From positions 1 to 64,000 of the IMG/VR virus record IMGVR_UViG_3300031413_000003: a stretch of 64,000 nt of DNA. One strand, 5' to 3'. The stretch's first letter is position 1. The number at the start of each line of letters is the position of its first letter. The translations under genes were made by a program, and so were the position numbers. Origin of the DNA: a virus. The notes under the pieces are model-generated. The model was not told the origin of the DNA and made no database searches. It worked only from the letters and a program-made list of their open reading frames with translations. Shown here in pieces: positions 1 to 9,031 of this stretch.

Positions 1-864
1 AGGATGTTCGCTAGAAAGTTTATCGGCAGGTGTTTCGATAAAGTCCATGTACGCTTCGATTCGCTCAGCGTCTTTTTCAGTGAAAATAATATCCTGTGGA
101 TTAGTTTGCACAACCAGCATGAAAGCGGCGAGTTCATTACCCGCGTTGATCTGTGAATGAGAGAAATGCAGATTGTTCCGCGCCTTTATCAGTCTTTGCT
201 CTACTGCATTAAAACGTTGTTGCAGTTCAGACTTTTCATTTCCACCGAACACGTCCTGCATGGCCATCATGATGGTATCTCCTTCCCACATCGCTCCACT
301 GTTTGGTTTGGCCGGGATACGGGTGGTCATTAACTGCATGGGTAAACATCCGCCCATCATACCCAGTGGATGATTTCCATTCGGATGACCTACACATCCA
401 GTCCAATAACCGTTTTGGGTTTGTTGACTTAATGCGATAAAGCCCACGTACAGCGGTTCGCCCAATGCGCCGAGGTCGGTAATACGACCGGTGCATAACT
501 TGAATTTGCTTTGGAAGTCTTGTAAAACTTCCTTGAGTTTCTCCTCATCCCTTACATGATAGAGGTTGTCTGTGCCGACGTGCAAGATGCCGTAACGCTC
601 ACCCACCTTGTAAACCGCATAGGCGGCGTGGTTTGTTGCCGATAACAAAGTGGTCACCCCTGTATGAATTAGGGTAGCAACGACCCTTGATAACGCTGGG
701 AGTCTATCGCTTGACCAGGTGCCGGCTTCGATCATTTTAGCGGCGATCTCCTGGTTGGGTGCAGTTACTAACCCAAAGTTGTCCACTAAGAATACTGGAC
801 CATAACCTGGCAGATTAACATGGCGCATAACGAGGTTGTTTACGTTCAGTGGAGGGAAGTTCAT
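1..864 (-). CDS. Hypothetical early-region protein, 3' end truncated by window edge (MNFPPLNVNNLVMRHV...)
   Basis: Manual translation: ATG at 864 with AAAAGGA RBS; frame stays open for 288 codons to position 1; absent from ORF track because no stop is in the window. Confidence 0.8.
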   Translation of the reverse strand, partial: MNFPPLNVNNLVMRHVNLPGYGPVFLVDNFGLVTAPNQEIAAKMIEAGTWSSDRLPALSRVVATLIHTGVTTLLSATNHAAYAVYKVGERYGILHVGTDNLYHVRDEEKLKEVLQDFQSKFKLCTGRITDLGALGEPLYVGFIALSQQTQNGYWTGCVGHPNGNHPLGMMGGCLPMQLMTTRIPAKPNSGAMWEGDTIMMAMQDVFGGNEKSELQQRFNAVEQRLIKARNNLHFSHSQINAGNELAAFMLVVQTNPQDIIFTEKDAERIEAYMDFIETPADKLSSEHP

Positions 865-880
865 GGTACTGTCCTTTTGA

Positions 881-1288
881 TCAAATGTTAACGATGGTTA
901 GTAACCGCATACAACGGCTGTGCCGCTGCATGGTTAGATTAGTGAGCCAGCTGAATTCTTGTTTAAAGGTGAGGTGTTGAATCAACGCTTCGTTGGAATA
1001 CTTAAAGCTGATGTTCTTGCCGACCTTGCCTGTTTCATACTGACCGATATAGGGGTTCGCCTTTTCGTGGGCGTATAACTCCAATAAATCGTTTATGTTC
1101 TCTAAGTAAAGCTGCCTCTCCTCTGCTCCCCAAACGTGCTGGGGCTTTACATCCGTTAAAAGCACAAACGGTTTATGAGTAAAGGGGTGGACAAAACTTA
1201 ATGTACGCACCCCCAGGTATTCATTAAAGTGTTCCCCTACGTTTAAATAGGGGGTGTTCTTTCCAGTACCGCGTTTATTACTATCCAT
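881..1288 (-). CDS. Hypothetical protein (135 aa)
   Basis: ORF packed in the minus-strand early operon. Confidence 0.7.
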   Translation of the reverse strand: MDSNKRGTGKNTPYLNVGEHFNEYLGVRTLSFVHPFTHKPFVLLTDVKPQHVWGAEERQLYLENINDLLELYAHEKANPYIGQYETGKVGKNISFKYSNEALIQHLTFKQEFSWLTNLTMQRHSRCMRLLTIVNI

Positions 1289-1306
1289 TCTTACTCTTTA
1301 TAGTTG

Positions 1307-1750
1307 TTATGCCAGAATACGTACTAAGTTTGAGATGATGGTGATGACCACTGCAACAGCTAACACGGTCAACAGCCCACCACACATGCTACGACGATTC
1401 ATTACTGGCTGGTACCACGGTTCCTGCTGTTCCAACGCCTCGCAGTCCGCTACGGTAATAACCTTATCCAACTGCATGATCTCCACCACCTTGTTTTTGG
1501 TTTCCTCTAACCACACGGTAAAGCGGCGGTATTCTATCTTAACGACTTCTACATCCATGACGCGGTTCAAAAAGCCATCGGCTGTTTTCAACATGGCTTT
1601 ACAGTCCATCAAGATCCCGTGTAATTTCGCCATGGTCTTTAAACCAATGTCTTCAACGTTACGGATATGATTAACGTTATTCACCACTTCCTTGACATCC
1701 CGCTTGATTACGAATACCAAGTCTTCAGCGGTGTTAATGACCTCTTGCAT
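1307..1750 (-). CDS. Hypothetical protein with C-terminal transmembrane helix
   Basis: Start moved to ATG 1750 (AGGAGG RBS); C-terminal GLLTVLAVAVVITIISNL; first gene after an early promoter. Confidence 0.75.
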   Translation of the reverse strand: MQEVINTAEDLVFVIKRDVKEVVNNVNHIRNVEDIGLKTMAKLHGILMDCKAMLKTADGFLNRVMDVEVVKIEYRRFTVWLEETKNKVVEIMQLDKVITVADCEALEQQEPWYQPVMNRRSMCGGLLTVLAVAVVITIISNLVRILA

Positions 1751-1841
1751 GAAACATCTCCTCCTATCCTTGTTAAATTGATTACACGCCCTACTCTTAA
1801 TAAGCAATAGAGTTTTGTTTTATTACGGTTACTACACCTTA

Positions 1842-1866
1842 GTAATATAGATCTATAATCTTTTTC
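1842..1866 (-). promoter_or_regulatory. phiKZ-type early (virion RNAP) promoter
   Basis: Minus strand GAAAAAGATTATAGATCTATATTAC; the TATATTAC core matches the phiKZ early consensus and the motif recurs 8 times in the window. Confidence 0.75.
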
Positions 1867-2070
1867 AAGTTAACCTCTCCCTAACCCCTTTTACGGAGTT
1901 AGAGTAGGTAGTAGTGTTCTTGTCTCTCTTACTATGATTCACCTTACTATTACCTAGTGTAATTAGTAATAATAGTAATATATAGTAAGTAAGGTGAATA
2001 GCCCCCTTCCTGGGGTTTCCCCCAAAGGAATCCATAAGATTACATAACGCAATTAAAAATTAATAAATAT
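1865..2070. other. Structured AT-rich intergenic element (candidate ncRNA or cis-acting DNA element)
   Basis: Three adjacent inverted repeats, including TTCACCTTACT...AGTAAGGTGAA (about 1937-1999); no credible CDS. Confidence 0.4.
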
Positions 2071-2075
2071 GATAA

Positions 2076-2101
2076 CCTACCCTCCCGTAAAGGAGGGTAG
2101 G
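2076..2101 (-). terminator. Intrinsic terminator hairpin
   Basis: CCTACCCTCC-CGTAAA-GGAGGGTAGG just after the stop of 2110..2382, followed by a T-rich tract on minus. Confidence 0.75.
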
Positions 2102-2109
2102 ATCACGTG

Positions 2110-2382
2110 TTAGGAAGGATTGATAGTCGCTAATACTTCAGCACTTAATGGTTCGATATCGATGACTTCACCCTCACCTTCGTAGTTGTACTTCACTACC
2201 CAACCCACGCTGTTATCAGGCACATCCAACGTTTCCTGATAGAGCATGATGTGGTTAGCGATATCCATTGCATCTGCATGGGACATCTCTTCTTCGCTGG
2301 TTACATCAACTAACCAAGCCAGCTTGGCCTTAATCAACAGGATAGTACCTTCCTGCCAGATCTCTAACAACTTCTTAGACAT
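2110..2382 (-). CDS. Hypothetical protein, paralog of the adjacent 92-aa gene
   Basis: RBS GGAG; shares layout and a Y.G.G.G.V..PL motif with 2417..2695. Confidence 0.75.
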   Translation of the reverse strand: MSKKLLEIWQEGTILLIKAKLAWLVDVTSEEEMSHADAMDIANHIMLYQETLDVPDNSVGWVVKYNYEGEGEVIDIEPLSAEVLATINPS

Positions 2383-2416
2383 AACTTCTACTCCGCTTTT
2401 CTGTTGTAAAGTTTAT

Positions 2417-2695
2417 CTATTTAGGTTTAATAACCCACGATGGATGCATCAGAGGTTTTACTCCTAATACCTTACCCTGACCAGGACCAGAGTACGCATA
2501 GACGACACCTACCCCGTGCTCGTTATTGGGTAACGGCGCGCTAGAGACATACTCGACGATTTCAGTTACGATACCCATAACGTCCGACAGAGATAACACA
2601 GTCACCGTGTCGACCTCTACTAGGATAGGTAAAGACATGTGAATCAGAATCGTGCTATTACCATTCCACTTGATTTCTAACGACTCACCCATCAC
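2417..2695 (-). CDS. Hypothetical protein, paralog of 2110..2382
   Basis: Start overlaps the upstream stop; motif YSGPGQGKVLGVKPL. Confidence 0.75.
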   Translation of the reverse strand: MMGESLEIKWNGNSTILIHMSLPILVEVDTVTVLSLSDVMGIVTEIVEYVSSAPLPNNEHGVGVVYAYSGPGQGKVLGVKPLMHPSWVIKPK

Positions 2696-3552
2696 TCCCC
2701 CTTACGGTTGTACAGTGCATCTTCAAATGACTTGATGGTTTTAGCATCAGCCGCTTCTTGAAATACGATTTCACCCTTGCCTTCACCTACATGCTTGAAA
2801 CAAACAGATAACTCACGAACCTCACCGGTGGTGATCTTGTTATCCATGCCTTCTCCGTAAAGAGGGAAAAGATCCTGATAGCAATAACCGGCAATCATCG
2901 CCGCTAAGCTGTCGTATAATTTGGTCCCCCCCACATCGATGTAAAGAGTAAGACCAGAGAACTCAGCCACGATAACATTACGACGGCTTCTGATCGTAGT
3001 GGTAGCGGGTTTGATTCTTTGCTCTTCAGCGTTTAACACCTTACGCATAAAGGCGTTGTTCTTTTCCAACCGTTGCAGTTCACTATTGCGATAGGAATAA
3101 CGCTCATCGGTTAAACGGTTACGACGATCGTAATCTTCTTTGACCCGATTAAAAGTTTCTTGTAACTGCATCAGCTTAGAAATATCCATGACCGAGGTAG
3201 CCGAAGCCCTCACCGCATCGTGAGTTCGAGTCAACAGATCCAGATGCTCCGCAATTGCCCCCATGTACTCCTGCTGATGCGCACCAAGACGTTTTGTCAG
3301 AACACAAGTTGAAGCCTTGACTTGCTGCAACAACTCATAGTTTCTGTTGTGTCCAAACAAACCGCCGGACTGGAGGTATTCATTCAGCTTTGCGGTAACT
3401 TCAACGACCTCTTGTTGTTCATGAAGACCCCAATTTAACGCGTTGTAAAGACCTACTATCGTTTCCCCGAGCAAACTAGCTTGGTCTTTACCCATTGACC
3501 GGTAGACAGTTTCCAGGTAAATCTTAAATTCTTGTTCAGATACAGTGTTCAT
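2692..3552 (-). CDS. Hypothetical coiled-coil protein with C-terminal repeat-family domain
   Basis: TAATG coupling to the upstream gene; helical N-terminus; C-terminal HVGEGKGEIV motif. Confidence 0.75.
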   Translation of the reverse strand: MNTVSEQEFKIYLETVYRSMGKDQASLLGETIVGLYNALNWGLHEQQEVVEVTAKLNEYLQSGGLFGHNRNYELLQQVKASTCVLTKRLGAHQQEYMGAIAEHLDLLTRTHDAVRASATSVMDISKLMQLQETFNRVKEDYDRRNRLTDERYSYRNSELQRLEKNNAFMRKVLNAEEQRIKPATTTIRSRRNVIVAEFSGLTLYIDVGGTKLYDSLAAMIAGYCYQDLFPLYGEGMDNKITTGEVRELSVCFKHVGEGKGEIVFQEAADAKTIKSFEDALYNRKGE

Positions 3553-4067
3553 TACCATTCTCCCGCGTAGAATTTGTTCAGATCAATGGCTTCATTGATC
3601 ATGGATTGTTTAAAGAAAGTTTTGCCTTCACCTTCTTCTACCGCTGTGATCTTATCACGCACCGCATCCAGCTCACCACGCAAGCGGGTGAGCGCTGGCC
3701 AGTCGTTTGCCCTGACATCCAGTGAATGCCTTAGCTTGGCGCTTAGCGTGCGCTCCTGGGCCTTCAGTGCGTTCAGGTAATTACAACGCTGAATCCACAA
3801 ACCCTGACGCAGTTCTCTGGAACGGTCGATCAAAACACTGCGCTCGTAGCCGTTATACGGATTACTTCCCTGCTGCTGCATGATCTTCATGCTTTTTACC
3901 AACCCGTCCAATTCAGGCAGGTTGGTCATTTCCTGTTTAACCGCAGCACGGATCGCGCAGTAAGCTTCTTTTACAACGGCTGTCAGATTACCGTGCAAGC
4001 GATCTACATATTGTTCGCCATGCTGAACCCAGGTAAGAATGTCATTCAGTTTTCGGATATTACTCAT
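3552..4067 (-). CDS. Hypothetical helical protein
   Basis: ATG 4067 with GAGG RBS. Confidence 0.75.
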   Translation of the reverse strand: MSNIRKLNDILTWVQHGEQYVDRLHGNLTAVVKEAYCAIRAAVKQEMTNLPELDGLVKSMKIMQQQGSNPYNGYERSVLIDRSRELRQGLWIQRCNYLNALKAQERTLSAKLRHSLDVRANDWPALTRLRGELDAVRDKITAVEEGEGKTFFKQSMINEAIDLNKFYAGEW

Positions 4068-4100
4068 TTTCCAAATTCCTCTCATTAAAACAAAGATACA

Positions 4101-4130
4101 GGCACCACAGAGGTTTCCCCCTGTAGTGTC
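4101..4130 (-). terminator. Putative terminator hairpin
   Basis: Imperfect inverted repeat GGCACCACAG...CTGTAGTGTC with T-rich tail on minus. Confidence 0.5.
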
Positions 4131-4151
4131 AGATTATTTTTTAACTAAACT

Positions 4152-4472
4152 TTATTTAAACATTTCCTGTCGAGCAAGAAACTTCTTGTAGAGCTGCCCG
4201 TGCGCAGCACGATACCGATCTTTATAACCACGCAGTATCATGTCCAATCGCCGTGCTTTTACAATTTCTGATCGCAGAGTGCGCAGAATCTCTTTTGATC
4301 TGGTTCGACTTACCAGCAATACCAACTCATTGCGGCTCATCTTTTTAAGGTGTTTGATTAGCACCCGTTGGTTGTCAACCCGTATCTTCAGCGCAATAAT
4401 AGTTTGCTTGAGATCTTCACAAAGTGCATCGTGAGGGATCTTTGGTTTACGGCGCTTAAACATGGTACTCAT
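4152..4472 (-). CDS. Basic hypothetical protein (106 aa)
   Basis: GGGAG RBS; Lys/Arg-rich. Confidence 0.7.
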   Translation of the reverse strand: MSTMFKRRKPKIPHDALCEDLKQTIIALKIRVDNQRVLIKHLKKMSRNELVLLVSRTRSKEILRTLRSEIVKARRLDMILRGYKDRYRAAHGQLYKKFLARQEMFK

Positions 4473-4492
4473 TCTACTTCTCCCGAATAGAA

Positions 4493-4711
4493 CTAAAGAA
4501 TGAAATTGTAAATCACGTTTAACCCATTAACGATCACCGCGCACACAGAAGCTTTGATCAAATATTTCTTGACCTGCTTAACAGAGAGATTTAACTGCTC
4601 GTCTCGGTGACCCGCTAACTCTGCCCGACGTTTTACTTGTTGATAAGACGCGGCGGTATGACCCAGGAGAAAAGCGGTGACTGCTGCAAGTATTAAAAGG
4701 ATAGCGTGCAT
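4493..4711 (-). CDS. Small membrane protein (two hydrophobic segments)
   Basis: AAGGA RBS; hydrophobic N- and C-terminal helices. Confidence 0.7.
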   Translation of the reverse strand: MHAILLILAAVTAFLLGHTAASYQQVKRRAELAGHRDEQLNLSVKQVKKYLIKASVCAVIVNGLNVIYNFIL

Positions 4712-4720
4712 CTGATTTCC

Positions 4721-5080
4721 TTATGCTGTTGCAATACGGCGTGCGTGGAAGCGATTTGCTTCGTTGGCATAATCAGAGGTAATAGAAAAGTTGTGTTCCA
4801 CTTTTTCTTTACCCGGTTTATTGGCGTGAACGGCACGAATCACCGCTTCATCCACCAAGCACTTGATAGTGTCATCAGACAAGCCTGTGGAAAACTCTTT
4901 GTAGGGCAGGCGGAAGTTATAGGTCGAATTACCTTTAACCACGCGAACAGAAATGCGATTATCGCGAATCACGGTAATAGCTTTACGGATGTTTTCATCC
5001 TGCTGATAAACAGCAATCAGCGCATAAACAAAGCCACCCACAAGGAGTGCCATCACTGCAACCAATAAATAGATAAACAT
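4721..5080 (-). CDS. Membrane-anchored hypothetical protein
   Basis: ATG 5080 with AAGGA RBS; N-terminal TM segment FIYLLVAVMALLVGGFVYALIAVY. Confidence 0.7.
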   Translation of the reverse strand: MFIYLLVAVMALLVGGFVYALIAVYQQDENIRKAITVIRDNRISVRVVKGNSTYNFRLPYKEFSTGLSDDTIKCLVDEAVIRAVHANKPGKEKVEHNFSITSDYANEANRFHARRIATA

Positions 5081-5118
5081 AGGGAGTTCCTTTAGGGTGG
5101 TGACCACCCCATTTATTG

Positions 5119-5331
5119 TTATTCAGAACGGATCAGAGAGTCTGACATCACACGTGGTTTATAAGGCCAATCGCGACAGTTGTAAATGTACACGGTGGCA
5201 GCGTTTTTCTTTTCAATAAATTGTCCGCTGTAAATGCAGGAGTGCTCAACAAGATAATTGTCATTGACCACATTCCGAGCATCGCAACCTACTACTAATA
5301 ACGCCCCTAACAAAAGCAGTAACTTTTTCAT
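5119..5331 (-). CDS. Putative lipoprotein
   Basis: Signal peptide II with lipobox: MKKLLLLLGALLVVG-C. Confidence 0.75.
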   Translation of the reverse strand: MKKLLLLLGALLVVGCDARNVVNDNYLVEHSCIYSGQFIEKKNAATVYIYNCRDWPYKPRVMSDSLIRSE

Positions 5332-5333
5332 AA

Positions 5334-5963
5334 TTATTCCTCCGGGATATTCAGTTCATCCAACAACCCATTAATATCCCACAAGATCTTTTTATTAGCG
5401 CCGTATGCTGCCAGGAACTCATCGACGCTGGTAATGTAACCGGCTTCCACCACATCAGTAGAAACTCTGATAGGTGAATTAAAACTTGTTGCCACGAAGT
5501 CTGATGGCAAAATGGTATAGCCGAATATATGATTGTCGGTAAAGAAACACACTTCTTGCCCGTCATAATCCCGTTGAACCATTACCACCACCAGACCTTG
5601 CTTAATGCGTTCATTAATTTCTGAACGTGTTAAGATCTTCCCTTTCAATACTGGGCGGGTAGGATGCAATAAACGGTGTTTAAATGCTTCGCGAAGATCG
5701 GTAGAGATCACTCCATAAGAAGCAAAGTTAAACTGCTCGTTGTATTGCGGTTTGCCCAGGTTATAAACCGTGGGCTTGAAGCTGTCATGCGTTTGTTCCG
5801 CAGCGAAACGATTACAGTTGGTAGCATCTGCAAAGAACACCGTTTTGAGTTCACCTGCTCCATCACGTTCAGGAAGGGCAAACCAAAAGGTTAACGCGAA
5901 ACGACTTTCTGACATCCGGTGAACGGTGCCGTTGTAATCCTCCAGTACATCCAGAATGCTCAT
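5334..5963 (-). CDS. Hypothetical protein (209 aa)
   Basis: Tightly packed operon, GGAG RBS. Confidence 0.75.
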   Translation of the reverse strand: MSILDVLEDYNGTVHRMSESRFALTFWFALPERDGAGELKTVFFADATNCNRFAAEQTHDSFKPTVYNLGKPQYNEQFNFASYGVISTDLREAFKHRLLHPTRPVLKGKILTRSEINERIKQGLVVVMVQRDYDGQEVCFFTDNHIFGYTILPSDFVATSFNSPIRVSTDVVEAGYITSVDEFLAAYGANKKILWDINGLLDELNIPEE

Positions 5964-5965
5964 AT

Positions 5966-6295
5966 TTATCTCCGGTTTCTTGTCCGCTTAGAAAAGTTCG
6001 CGTAGTTGTTGAAATGTTTCTGCACGATACGCCAGCCATCATCTAACTCTTTGATAGAAGAGTTACGACTTAACATATCACCGACATCATCCATTGCGTA
6101 AAGTGCGGTACGGATTTCAGCTTTAGTATGCTGCTTAACATTGGGCCTATTAAGCAATATGCGATACAGTGTTTTTGTAGCTTGCAAAAACTCAAGCACA
6201 TCTAAATAGCGTTTTTCTTGTGAACTCATTTCATCCACAGTACGAGGAGTATCGATAACGACATCGAATCCCTCACGACGATTAACAGGTTTCAT
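5966..6295 (-). CDS. Hypothetical early protein (109 aa)
   Basis: AGGAG RBS; first gene after a promoter-like motif. Confidence 0.75.
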   Translation of the reverse strand: MKPVNRREGFDVVIDTPRTVDEMSSQEKRYLDVLEFLQATKTLYRILLNRPNVKQHTKAEIRTALYAMDDVGDMLSRNSSIKELDDGWRIVQKHFNNYANFSKRTRNRR

Positions 6296-6340
6296 AGTTC
6301 TCTCCTAAGGAAATGGTTTAAATACTTTTATACTACCCAG

Positions 6341-6362
6341 ATGATATAGGTTTCAGATTAAT
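6341..6362 (-). promoter_or_regulatory. Early promoter variant
   Basis: Minus strand TTTAATCTGAAACCTATATCAT aligns with the repeated ...GACCTATATTAC motif and heads the 2110-6295 gene run. Confidence 0.6.
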
Positions 6363-6405
6363 TCTATTATAAATGCTATGACAGTCATCACAGAGGATAA
6401 ATAGC

Positions 6406-7248
6406 ATGAGCTGCGTCGATCATGCCATCAACATGGTTCAGAACTCTGACATCGACCAGTATCTCCTGGAGCTTGCCTTTACGAATCCCAACGGCAACTT
6501 CATGGGTAACTGGTACGATCACATTGATCAGACCACGGTTGAACAAGGCATACGTGAAAAAGTTATCCATGCGTCGGTGCTTCCGTCGTGCAAAATCAAT
6601 GGCGGTAAAACCGAATACATTGACTTGTACGGCAGTCGTGTTCGCGACATGGGTAATGGTTGTGTAGAAGTAAAGTGCCCGATGCACATCACGGGCGGTC
6701 GTCATATCGTTAACGTGACGGAAGTGTACCTGGGTTCCATGAACTCAGTTACGGGTGTGCTGGGTTTGAACTCCTCGGCATCAAGCTGTGGACAGGGTGT
6801 AATGAACGAAATGCTGAGCGGTGTACTCGACAGTCTTCAGAGTAGCCGCGCCATGCCAACCTCGTTCACCACCATCCACATGAACGGCCACAACTCGTTT
6901 GTGATTGAGGGGATGACCAATCCACTGTTCTCCATGGTAGGTAAGATGATCTTGGAATACGACGATAACCTGTCTGTGATCGATCCGCGCTCTTGGGATC
7001 TGTTCGGTGACCTGTGTATCCTCGCCACCAAGAACTACATCTTCCGTACTTGTAAGCGTCCTGCTGAAGAAGCGGTGCGTCGCAGTGGTGTTAGCCTGGA
7101 TAACATTCGCGACGACATCTCTGAATACCGTGATGCATGGAAAGAGTATCGCGAGTTGTTTAAAACCAGTTGGACACAAGCCATGGGTTACTCTGATGTG
7201 CGGCGTGTCGCCAACGCTATCGCGGCCATTGTGCCAAGAAGGATGTAA
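6406..7248 (+). CDS. Putative virion structural protein (phiKZ-like conserved)
   Basis: 280-aa ORF with GAGG RBS, first of a plus-strand late-type cluster; function inferred from context. Confidence 0.55.
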   Translation: MSCVDHAINMVQNSDIDQYLLELAFTNPNGNFMGNWYDHIDQTTVEQGIREKVIHASVLPSCKINGGKTEYIDLYGSRVRDMGNGCVEVKCPMHITGGRHIVNVTEVYLGSMNSVTGVLGLNSSASSCGQGVMNEMLSGVLDSLQSSRAMPTSFTTIHMNGHNSFVIEGMTNPLFSMVGKMILEYDDNLSVIDPRSWDLFGDLCILATKNYIFRTCKRPAEEAVRRSGVSLDNIRDDISEYRDAWKEYRELFKTSWTQAMGYSDVRRVANAIAAIVPRRM

Positions 7249-7249
7249 C

Positions 7250-8110
7250 GTGGATCAACATTTCGAACTCACTAACCAGGGTATTGCTGATTCACTGGCC
7301 GGGGTTGAAAGCTACGCCTTTCGTTATTACCAGGGACAACTGTACGCCAACGACGTCATCGGTTTCAACGACGTCAATGGTAGCGAAGGGATTGTCCAAA
7401 CGGTTATTGACAAAATCAAACAGTTCTGTGCGTGGATTGTTAGGAAGTTTAAAGGATTGTTCCAAAGCAAGCCGCTTATCTTCGCCGTTAAGACTGGTTC
7501 TATTTTGACTATCTTTAATAAAGTCAAATATCACAGTGAACTGGACAACTACGATTTCCATGGCGACTCATGGAAAGAGTTCTTGGGTAAAATGCGGGAG
7601 AAATTCGACCGTGTTAAACTCAGGCTGATGGTGGCAGTGGAGCAGCACAAGAACTTCGTTAAAGAAATCCAGGAGTTAGGGAAAAATCCTGAGGTGAATT
7701 TCGCTTGTTTGGAAAACGTTAGCGAAACCGTCTTCCCTAACCACGTCCATAACTACATTGCTGAGATGGACACGGTGTTTGGTCGCCTGGAGAAACTGGA
7801 TTCGGCGAAGCAGCTTTCAGAGGCTTGTCCTGGCATTCTTTACACTAACCTAAAAGAATGCTTCAAGATGAGCGACTCGATGGTGACGTTCCGTTACTAT
7901 CACGATTTGCTGTGGAAGTCGAATAAGCTGAACGAAGTCATTGATAAAGTGATCGCTCCGATCTCTGATACCAAGCTGCAAAATACCGTAGCCGGTACGT
8001 TGACTCGTCTCGCTAACATGAACCTTCAGTTCCGTGAAGGTGATCGTGAAGTGGTTTACAGTATCGCCAGCGCGATCCACAAAGAGAAGTTCTGGAGCAA
8101 ACCCAAGTAG
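7250..8110 (+). CDS. Internal head protein, paralog family with shared N-terminal leader
   Basis: Likely start is GTG 7250, right after the upstream TAA; N-terminal ~70 aa closely similar to 12263..13273 (GxESYAFRYxQGQLYAND...KIKQFCAW). Confidence 0.65.
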   Translation: MDQHFELTNQGIADSLAGVESYAFRYYQGQLYANDVIGFNDVNGSEGIVQTVIDKIKQFCAWIVRKFKGLFQSKPLIFAVKTGSILTIFNKVKYHSELDNYDFHGDSWKEFLGKMREKFDRVKLRLMVAVEQHKNFVKEIQELGKNPEVNFACLENVSETVFPNHVHNYIAEMDTVFGRLEKLDSAKQLSEACPGILYTNLKECFKMSDSMVTFRYYHDLLWKSNKLNEVIDKVIAPISDTKLQNTVAGTLTRLANMNLQFREGDREVVYSIASAIHKEKFWSKPK

Positions 8111-8114
8111 CTAT

Positions 8115-8142
8115 CTGATTAGGGGGTCCGCCTCCTAATCAG
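8115..8142 (+). terminator. Intrinsic terminator
   Basis: CTGATTAGGGGG-TCCG-CCTCCTAATCAG followed by TTTT. Confidence 0.7.
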
Positions 8143-8173
8143 TTTTATGTTACTAACTTTATCTGAGGCGAAC

Positions 8174-9031
8174 ATGCCAAACACAACTAAGAGTACTGTT
8201 GATCGTTTAATCGACGGACTGGAAGATTACTGCTTGGATCGTGAAAGCTTCGATGCACGTTATATCTGCGGTCAGCTTTTTCTTCACGGTCAAGCTTCTG
8301 CCTATGACATCGGAATGCCCGGTCGTTACCATGGAGAAGAGGCAACACGCAAAACTTATATCTTCAACTGGTTCAGCAGCCTGTGGGCAAAGAGCATAAA
8401 CCGCTATCATGAACTGGTTGGATCATACCTGATCTACGACTCTTTCCTTGATGCCAACGTCATAAAACTCGCAGCATTAACTCGACCTGTCAATGTCAGG
8501 GAGTATGTGAGTTGTTTAACCCGGTTAGTGGAGAGTCAGACCTTTGTCTCGTTGCGTGTTGAACGCTACCGCAACAATGCTAAACGCCTGTACGCATTGC
8601 TGGTTGATAACGAAGACGTCGGGTACAAAACGGCTTCATCGGTGTTACTCAATACGGCAAACGATTTGTCCGAGGCAATAGAGCGACTCAAGAAAGACTA
8701 TACAGGAGAAGCGTTGTATCCTTCCGCCACATTAACTTTCTTCAGCGTAAGTGATCAGTTGAACAACATGTTACACGCTTACACAGAGCTGCTGTGTCTG
8801 CCAACTGCACGTAATCACGATCAGCTTTGGCTCTATGGTGAACCGACCTCTAAGCTGACAGAGGCTTTTCCACAAACCAGCTTAAAGGAGTTTGCAGCGA
8901 GTCATGCACACGAAGTTATGGTGCTGACCCTGAACAATCTCCAACTCATGACCGAAGTGATCTTGTACGTTAATAATGCCGCACAAGAGATCAACAAAAC
9001 AATCGACAACCTCACGAGTGTAAATAAATGA
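8174..9031 (+). CDS. Probable internal head protein (divergent member of the leader family)
   Basis: ATG 8174 with GAGG RBS; N-terminus LIDGLED...RESFDARYICGQLF...GEE...WF resembles the family leader. Confidence 0.55.
   Translation: MPNTTKSTVDRLIDGLEDYCLDRESFDARYICGQLFLHGQASAYDIGMPGRYHGEEATRKTYIFNWFSSLWAKSINRYHELVGSYLIYDSFLDANVIKLAALTRPVNVREYVSCLTRLVESQTFVSLRVERYRNNAKRLYALLVDNEDVGYKTASSVLLNTANDLSEAIERLKKDYTGEALYPSATLTFFSVSDQLNNMLHAYTELLCLPTARNHDQLWLYGEPTSKLTEAFPQTSLKEFAASHAHEVMVLTLNNLQLMTEVILYVNNAAQEINKTIDNLTSVNK

Noticed and set aside
6377-6380. Isolated TATG motifs upstream of late genes as annotated late promoters
   Set aside because: A 4-nt motif is too short to call from sequence alone without TSS data
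7007-7249. N-terminal extension of the 367-aa ORF in the track
   Set aside because: Overlaps 6406..7248; the paralog alignment places the real start at GTG 7250
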